Part shown: in pieces, positions 59,397 to 64,000 of the stretch
Numbering within the stretch: the first letter of the stretch is position 1
Layout of the letters: each line of letters opens with the position of its first letter
Source of the DNA: Caldicoprobacterales bacterium
GTDB lineage: Bacteria; Bacillota; Clostridia; Caldicoprobacterales; UBA3941
Reading direction: 5' to 3'
DNA length: 64,000 nucleotides
Assembly: GCA_050949255.1 (NCBI GenBank)
Contig: JBMNFJ010000015.1
Location: forward strand, 30,646-94,645
The notes under the pieces: generated by a model
Databases searched by the model: none
What the model was told of the DNA's origin: nothing
What the model saw: the letters and a program-made list of their open reading frames with translations, nothing else
Made by a program: the position numbers and the translations under genes

Positions 59397-61199
59397 ATGA
59401 GTATCTTATTCATTTCCGTTTTGAATATGAGCATTACGGCAAGCTATGTAATCCTATTTGTAATAGTTATCAGATTGATGCTTAAAAAAGCTCCAAAGGT
59501 CATCTCTTATGCCTTATGGAGTGTGGCTGCTTTTCGTCTTCTAATTCCATTCTCATTTAAAAGTGTCTTTAGTCTTATGCCACGTAAAACGAATGCTGTT
59601 CCACTCCCCAATGGGGTTATCTATCAGCAAAGTTCGCAGATTGATAATGGTATAAGAGTACTCGACTCTTTCACAAGTGAGTCACTTCATGCACAACATA
59701 CCAGTGCCAGTTTAAGTCCCTTGCAGATTTTTATAGAATATGGGGCATACATCTGGATGTTAGGCATAATAGTATTGTTTGTTTACAGTTTCGTATCTAT
59801 CTTGGTCTTAAGAAGACGGCTTAAGGCTGCACAATTAATAGAAAGGAACATTTTTGAAGCCAGGAATTTGCAAACACCATTTGTGCTTGGACTAATAAGA
59901 CCTAAGATATATTTGCCGGTTGGACTGAAGGATGATGAAAGGGATTATATTTTGCTGCATGAACAGATCCATATTCGCCGAAAAGACCATATCATTAAGA
60001 TGTTAGCTTTCTTTGTATTGTGTTTCCATTGGTTTAATCCTCTTGTATGGGTTGCGTATTTAATTATGAGCATGGATATGGAGCTTTCATGTGATGAAAG
60101 AGTACTGAAAGAAATGGATGAAAAAATTAAAAAGCCTTATGCTAACTCATTGTTATCCCTTGCTGCCGGAAGACATATTCTAAACGGAAGTCCAATTGCA
60201 TTTAGCGAGAGCAAGGTAAAGTGGAGAATTAAAAATGTGTTGAATTATAAGAAGCCTGCTTTTTGGGTTACTCTGGTCTCCGTATTATTTGCCCTTGCAA
60301 TAGGAATAGGACTGTTAGCAAACCCACAGGATAAGGGTTACAATGAGATCATTAATAGCGATAATGGCCCTGGGGAAAGCATCCAGTTAGCAACAACTCA
60401 AGGCGACAGTCATGAGTTAACGGGAAGGGTTGCTAAGGATAAGGGGAATATAATTGAAAGTTTTTCGGAAATAGATAAGTATATTAAAGATTATACTTTT
60501 GATGTTTCATATGAGGAAGATTTGGAATTGGGTCAACGAGTTTATAGTTTTCATGGCAAATATGACTTAAATGGAGATGGCGAAGCAGATAGCATAAATG
60601 CAGTATTAATAACGGATAATGAGGACGGTTCCTATATTGAGGTTAATGGTATGAAAGTGGAGTTAAACCTCTACAATCCAACAGGTGCGGTAAAAATTAT
60701 TGATTTGGATAGCGAGGATGGTTATACCGAAGTTGCTATTTTTGACGATGGGGCAAGTGGAGATCCTGCGTTTACATTTATTCGCTATGATGGTACAAAG
60801 CTATATACCTTAGGAACAATAGATCGGCATGCATTAATGGATGGAAAGGGAAAATTCATATCAAGGTTTCATTTGGCCAATAACTTCAAACCTCAATTCT
60901 TTTCAGCATTGGGAGAATTTAAGAACAATGAATACCTTATAACGAATTATGATGTGGAACAATATATAGGGGAGACTTATGAAGTCTATGGAACTGGCTT
61001 TTTTGTACCCTTAGACTTTTATCCAGAAGACTATTTTGAACATGTTGTATGGGACTCAGAAAATCTGAGAGAATTTAAAGCAACGAAAATAAAGCTACTA
61101 GGTATTCATATAAGCCCGGATAATCCGACTCTAAACTGGTTTTATGTTGAACTGCCGGATGGTGAGAAAGGACTCTTGTATTTCTGGATAGGAGATTGA
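59397..61199 (+). CDS. BlaR1-like M56 signal-transducing metallopeptidase with a non-PBP C-terminal domain
   Basis: Multi-TM N-terminus with LLHEQIHIRRKDH (HExxH). The C-terminal ~300 aa lack SxxK/KTG and contain DLNGDGEAD-type Asp-rich loops. Confidence 0.85.
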   Translation: MSILFISVLNMSITASYVILFVIVIRLMLKKAPKVISYALWSVAAFRLLIPFSFKSVFSLMPRKTNAVPLPNGVIYQQSSQIDNGIRVLDSFTSESLHAQHTSASLSPLQIFIEYGAYIWMLGIIVLFVYSFVSILVLRRRLKAAQLIERNIFEARNLQTPFVLGLIRPKIYLPVGLKDDERDYILLHEQIHIRRKDHIIKMLAFFVLCFHWFNPLVWVAYLIMSMDMELSCDERVLKEMDEKIKKPYANSLLSLAAGRHILNGSPIAFSESKVKWRIKNVLNYKKPAFWVTLVSVLFALAIGIGLLANPQDKGYNEIINSDNGPGESIQLATTQGDSHELTGRVAKDKGNIIESFSEIDKYIKDYTFDVSYEEDLELGQRVYSFHGKYDLNGDGEADSINAVLITDNEDGSYIEVNGMKVELNLYNPTGAVKIIDLDSEDGYTEVAIFDDGASGDPAFTFIRYDGTKLYTLGTIDRHALMDGKGKFISRFHLANNFKPQFFSALGEFKNNEYLITNYDVEQYIGETYEVYGTGFFVPLDFYPEDYFEHVVWDSENLREFKATKIKLLGIHISPDNPTLNWFYVELPDGEKGLLYFWIGD

Positions 61200-61249
61200 A
61201 TGATGCCTATATGAGTGAAAAGATAGCAAGAAACATTTTTAGAGATCAT

Positions 61250-61273
61250 GACCCGCTAAGCGGGTCTTTTTTT
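61250..61273 (+). terminator. Rho-independent terminator
   Basis: GACCCGC-TAA-GCGGGTC followed by TTTTTTT. Confidence 0.9.
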
Positions 61274-61565
61274 GAGCCTATGAAGAAATGGGAGGCCCCA
61301 TGGTTCACCAGCTGATGAAGGAGCAACCATGGAGCAAATCAAAGCAGCCGGGGCTGAATCCTGGTACACAGATTAAAAATAACATTAATCTTACCAAATA
61401 TGAGCAAATTCCAACTATTCATATACCAAACCGGTAAATAGAATATAGATATCAAATGTTAAACATATTATCCCGAGGATTTGGAGAAGTACTATAACTC
61501 AGACTAGTCGCGTGAAATACTCGAAAAACACCAATAACAAGAAAGAATAAAAGGAGGATTATTCT

Positions 61566-62513
61566 ATGTTTTCAACTAAAAAAAGAAGGCCTATTCAACT
61601 CTTATTCCAACTAACATCCTTGATTTTGATTGTGTTGCTTCTTGTCAGCTGCGGTGGAAAAGCTACTTCGGGCGATGAAATGAATAATAAAGGACAATCG
61701 GAAGTGGTGGAAAAGCCGGAAGAACAGCAAGATGCGAATTCGGAGTCGCAGGATATTGGGTCAGATGATTCTGATTCATCTGATACTGTATCAGAGGATT
61801 CTGATTCATCTGATACTGTATCAGAGGATTCTGGTTTTCCTGCTACCGCATCTGACAATTCCGGTTCTCCTGCAACTGCATCAGAATCATATTCTGCTTT
61901 CATTCAGGCAAAAGGCGAATTGTTAACAAAACTGTCCGATGCATTGGCAAACAATCCCGAAACTGCATTAAACTCAATGTCCCTGCTTGGTATATCAATG
62001 ATAGACTTGGCCCTGGTTCCGGCCAGCAGCTTTGGGCTTGGTGAAGAATCCGCCCTTATGGTGCTTGGGTTCCTGGGAGCAGAGGATCTCGTATACAGCG
62101 AAAACGGCAACCAATACAGTGTTAAGTATAAGGGTGAAGACGGTAAAAGTTATGAACTGCAGGGCGAGTATGACAAGGCGGCAGACGCCCTTAAATGTAC
62201 TTCGTTAGTAGACGGCAAGGAAACCTTGACCTCTGAACATCGAAAAACACCCTATGGATATGTGAGTCAGGCATATGTTATTGATGATGACGGTTCAGCA
62301 TATGTTTACCAGCTGACAGCGACCGGAACTGATGGTGTGGTGGGCATGTCCAAGGCATCTGAAAAGCCTTCGTCTCTGACAGGCAGCGAATCAATTGATT
62401 TCCCAAAGCAGTGCCAGGAATGGTATGCTATGAACGGCAACAGGGTAACGGGACTAACTGCTGATGGAGATGAGATATCGTTTGATTACACTCCATCAGA
62501 GGATGGCGAATAG
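61566..62513 (+). CDS. Lipoprotein with an acidic Ser/Asp-rich tandem-repeat linker
   Basis: Signal peptide with lipobox LLVSCGG. AAAGGAGG RBS. No family recognised for the C-terminal domain. Confidence 0.75.
   Translation: MFSTKKRRPIQLLFQLTSLILIVLLLVSCGGKATSGDEMNNKGQSEVVEKPEEQQDANSESQDIGSDDSDSSDTVSEDSDSSDTVSEDSGFPATASDNSGSPATASESYSAFIQAKGELLTKLSDALANNPETALNSMSLLGISMIDLALVPASSFGLGEESALMVLGFLGAEDLVYSENGNQYSVKYKGEDGKSYELQGEYDKAADALKCTSLVDGKETLTSEHRKTPYGYVSQAYVIDDDGSAYVYQLTATGTDGVVGMSKASEKPSSLTGSESIDFPKQCQEWYAMNGNRVTGLTADGDEISFDYTPSEDGE
61767..61886 (+). repeat. Four tandem 30-bp units inside the lipoprotein gene
   Basis: GATTCTGATTCATCTGATACTGTATCAGAG twice without mismatch, then two diverged units (GATTCTGGTTTTCCTGCTACCGCATCTGAC, AATTCCGGTTCTCCTGCAACTGCATCAGAA). 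Confidence 0.9.
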
Positions 62514-62516
62514 GCA

Positions 62517-63875
62517 ATGAAAAAATGGGTATTGATACTAATACTCTGTGCCATAGTTTTAACCGCTGCTTCAGTTATATCCGTAACTGTGCTGGTGCCT
62601 CTAATAAGCTATAATCAGGCAGAAACTGCATTGAACGAAGGCAGGTATGAGGATGCAATTGCTGCATTTGCAGAACTGGGAGATTATAAAGACAGTTCGG
62701 AAAAGCTGCTGGAATCCCGGTACATGGCTGCAAAGGCAAAACTGGATGAAGGAAAGTATGAACAGGCAATGCAGGAGTTCTCAGATCTGAAATCATACCG
62801 GGACAGTCCCGATCTTTACCGCGAAGCTCGATTCCGCTGGGGAAAGGCACTTATGGACGAAGGAGCATACAGAGATTCTCTGGAGCTGTTCTTAGCAGAT
62901 ATAGAGTATTCTGGTGTGAGGGATGAATTAAAGAATGTCTATGAAAAAGCAGTCCAAAGCGGAGAAATTGCCGTGGCTTATGACGCAGCAACAGCTCTGC
63001 GGGATTTTGAGGCTATTGCCGGTTTGAATTTGCAGGTTATAGCAGCCGGCCGTAATCATGTGGTTGCTTTACGCAGAGACGGCACTGTAGTGGCGGCAGG
63101 CAACAATGATAAGGGTCAGTGTAATGTACAGGATTGGACGGATATCATAGCAGTCGCTGCAGGGTTTGAATACACGGTTGGATTGAAGTCCGACGGTACC
63201 GTTGTCGCTACAGGATCCAATCATAACGGCCAGTGCGATGTTCAGGACTGGACTGATATCGTGACAATTTATGTAGGCAATACCGCTACTGATACAATAG
63301 GAGTCAAATCTGACGGGACAATAGTAGGTGTAGGCGGCACTGAGGGAGATATTTACCATCAGCAGATACCCGGAAAAGCTGATGGTATGGTAAAGATCTG
63401 TCCCGGATGGAGGGGCATCCTGGTACTTATGGAAGATGGCGATGTTGAATTGATTCCCCCATCGACCAGCATGAAGGAAATTAACCGATGGATGAGCATA
63501 AAAGATATGGCTATAGGAACCGGGCATGCTGTAGGATTGATGGTTGATGGAACAGTGGTGACGGCAGGAAGAAACACGTCCGGTACAAACGATGTTGATG
63601 GCTGGACTGATATTATTGCCCTTGCCGCTTCCAACAGCAATACAGCCGGCTTGAAGAAAGATGGAACCGTGATGGTGGCAGGAGATGACAAAAAGGGGCA
63701 GAAAGATGCAGAAGAGTGGAAAGATATTGTTGCTGTATCTGTAGGACCGGGTTATGTCGCAGGACTCAGAATAGACGGCACGGTAGTGGCGGCAGGACAA
63801 ATAACCAGAGCTGAGGAAAACGAGAAGTTATTTGAGGAAATTGCTTCATGGCAAAATATCGGACCTGCGTCATAG
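62517..63875 (+). CDS. Membrane-anchored protein with TPR-like G-Y-x-DA/LGDYKDS repeats and RCC1-like beta-propeller repeats
   Basis: N-terminal TM. Repeats of EGRYEDAIAAFAELGDYKDS type. At least seven repeats of WTDI..AAG..H.VGLK.DGTVVA.G.N..GQC.V type. Confidence 0.8.
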   Translation: MKKWVLILILCAIVLTAASVISVTVLVPLISYNQAETALNEGRYEDAIAAFAELGDYKDSSEKLLESRYMAAKAKLDEGKYEQAMQEFSDLKSYRDSPDLYREARFRWGKALMDEGAYRDSLELFLADIEYSGVRDELKNVYEKAVQSGEIAVAYDAATALRDFEAIAGLNLQVIAAGRNHVVALRRDGTVVAAGNNDKGQCNVQDWTDIIAVAAGFEYTVGLKSDGTVVATGSNHNGQCDVQDWTDIVTIYVGNTATDTIGVKSDGTIVGVGGTEGDIYHQQIPGKADGMVKICPGWRGILVLMEDGDVELIPPSTSMKEINRWMSIKDMAIGTGHAVGLMVDGTVVTAGRNTSGTNDVDGWTDIIALAASNSNTAGLKKDGTVMVAGDDKKGQKDAEEWKDIVAVSVGPGYVAGLRIDGTVVAAGQITRAEENEKLFEEIASWQNIGPAS

Positions 63876-63922
63876 GTGGTGTATTAGTAAGTTTGGAATA
63901 GTTTTTCATCAGGAGAATTTGT

Positions 63923-63960
63923 AAGAGCGCAACGGGCTGTATTGAGCCCATTGCGCTCTT
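63923..63960 (+). terminator. Long hairpin after the last gene
   Basis: AAGAGCGCAACGGGCT-GTATTG-AGCCCATTGCGCTCTT; no clear T tract. Confidence 0.55.
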
Positions 63961-64000
63961 TAGGTGTAATGAAATAGATAGTTGGTCAATATAAGTTAAT

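Noticed and set aside
63069-63800. 243-aa minus-strand ORF
   Set aside because: It is antisense to the RCC1-repeat gene, and its periodic composition mirrors the repeats. No RBS.

Overview
The window reads as chromosomal DNA from an anaerobic Firmicute (Clostridia-like). It is densely coding, has AGGAGG-type ribosome binding sites, and uses TGA, TAA and TAG as ordinary stops. I found no rRNA, tRNA, CRISPR array, transposase or phage genes.

Main gene content:
- A nine-gene chemosensory operon on the minus strand (4.6-14.6 kb): cheA, cheW, one MCP, cheB, cheR, two cheX-like genes, cheY and a REC-PP2C phosphatase.
- Housekeeping and redox genes: citrate synthase, a D-Ala-D-Ala carboxypeptidase, an OYE flavoreductase, ppa, a DUF1846 protein, a 2-hydroxyacid dehydrogenase, an aldo/keto reductase and a nitroreductase.
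- A class II ribonucleotide reductase (nrdJ).
- Carbohydrate and acid-sugar genes: two xylose-isomerase-like TIM barrels with a Gfo/Idh/MocA oxidoreductase and an alpha/beta hydrolase; a LarA-like + DUF1537 kinase + PdxA-like operon; rpiB; a GH4 enzyme; GH2 lacZ followed by a second Gfo/Idh/MocA gene.
- A signalling-rich right end: an ECF sigma factor followed by a membrane-anchored serpin, a histidine kinase and response regulator pair, and a visibly AT-richer block with blaI, a blaR1-like M56 protein, a lipoprotein and a TPR/RCC1-repeat protein.

The strongest signal not explained by genes is a family of modular intergenic elements bounded by inverted repeats (core GGTAATGGCTATTGA / TCAATAGCCATTACC). 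Complete, truncated, nested or solo-end copies occur at 10 or more loci, several of them inside operons or UTRs.

Other points worth a second look:
- The ECF sigma-serpin pair, including a possible homopolymer frameshift at its junction.
- The PP2C-output Che system.
- The LarA-like acid-sugar operon.
- A possible oxidative glycoside-cleavage cluster.
- A Cys/Gly-rich small protein.
- An in-frame TGA in a SleB-like gene.
- NrdR-box-like palindromes far upstream of nrdJ.

All coordinates for repeats, hairpins and start codons come from manual reading and may be off by a few bases.
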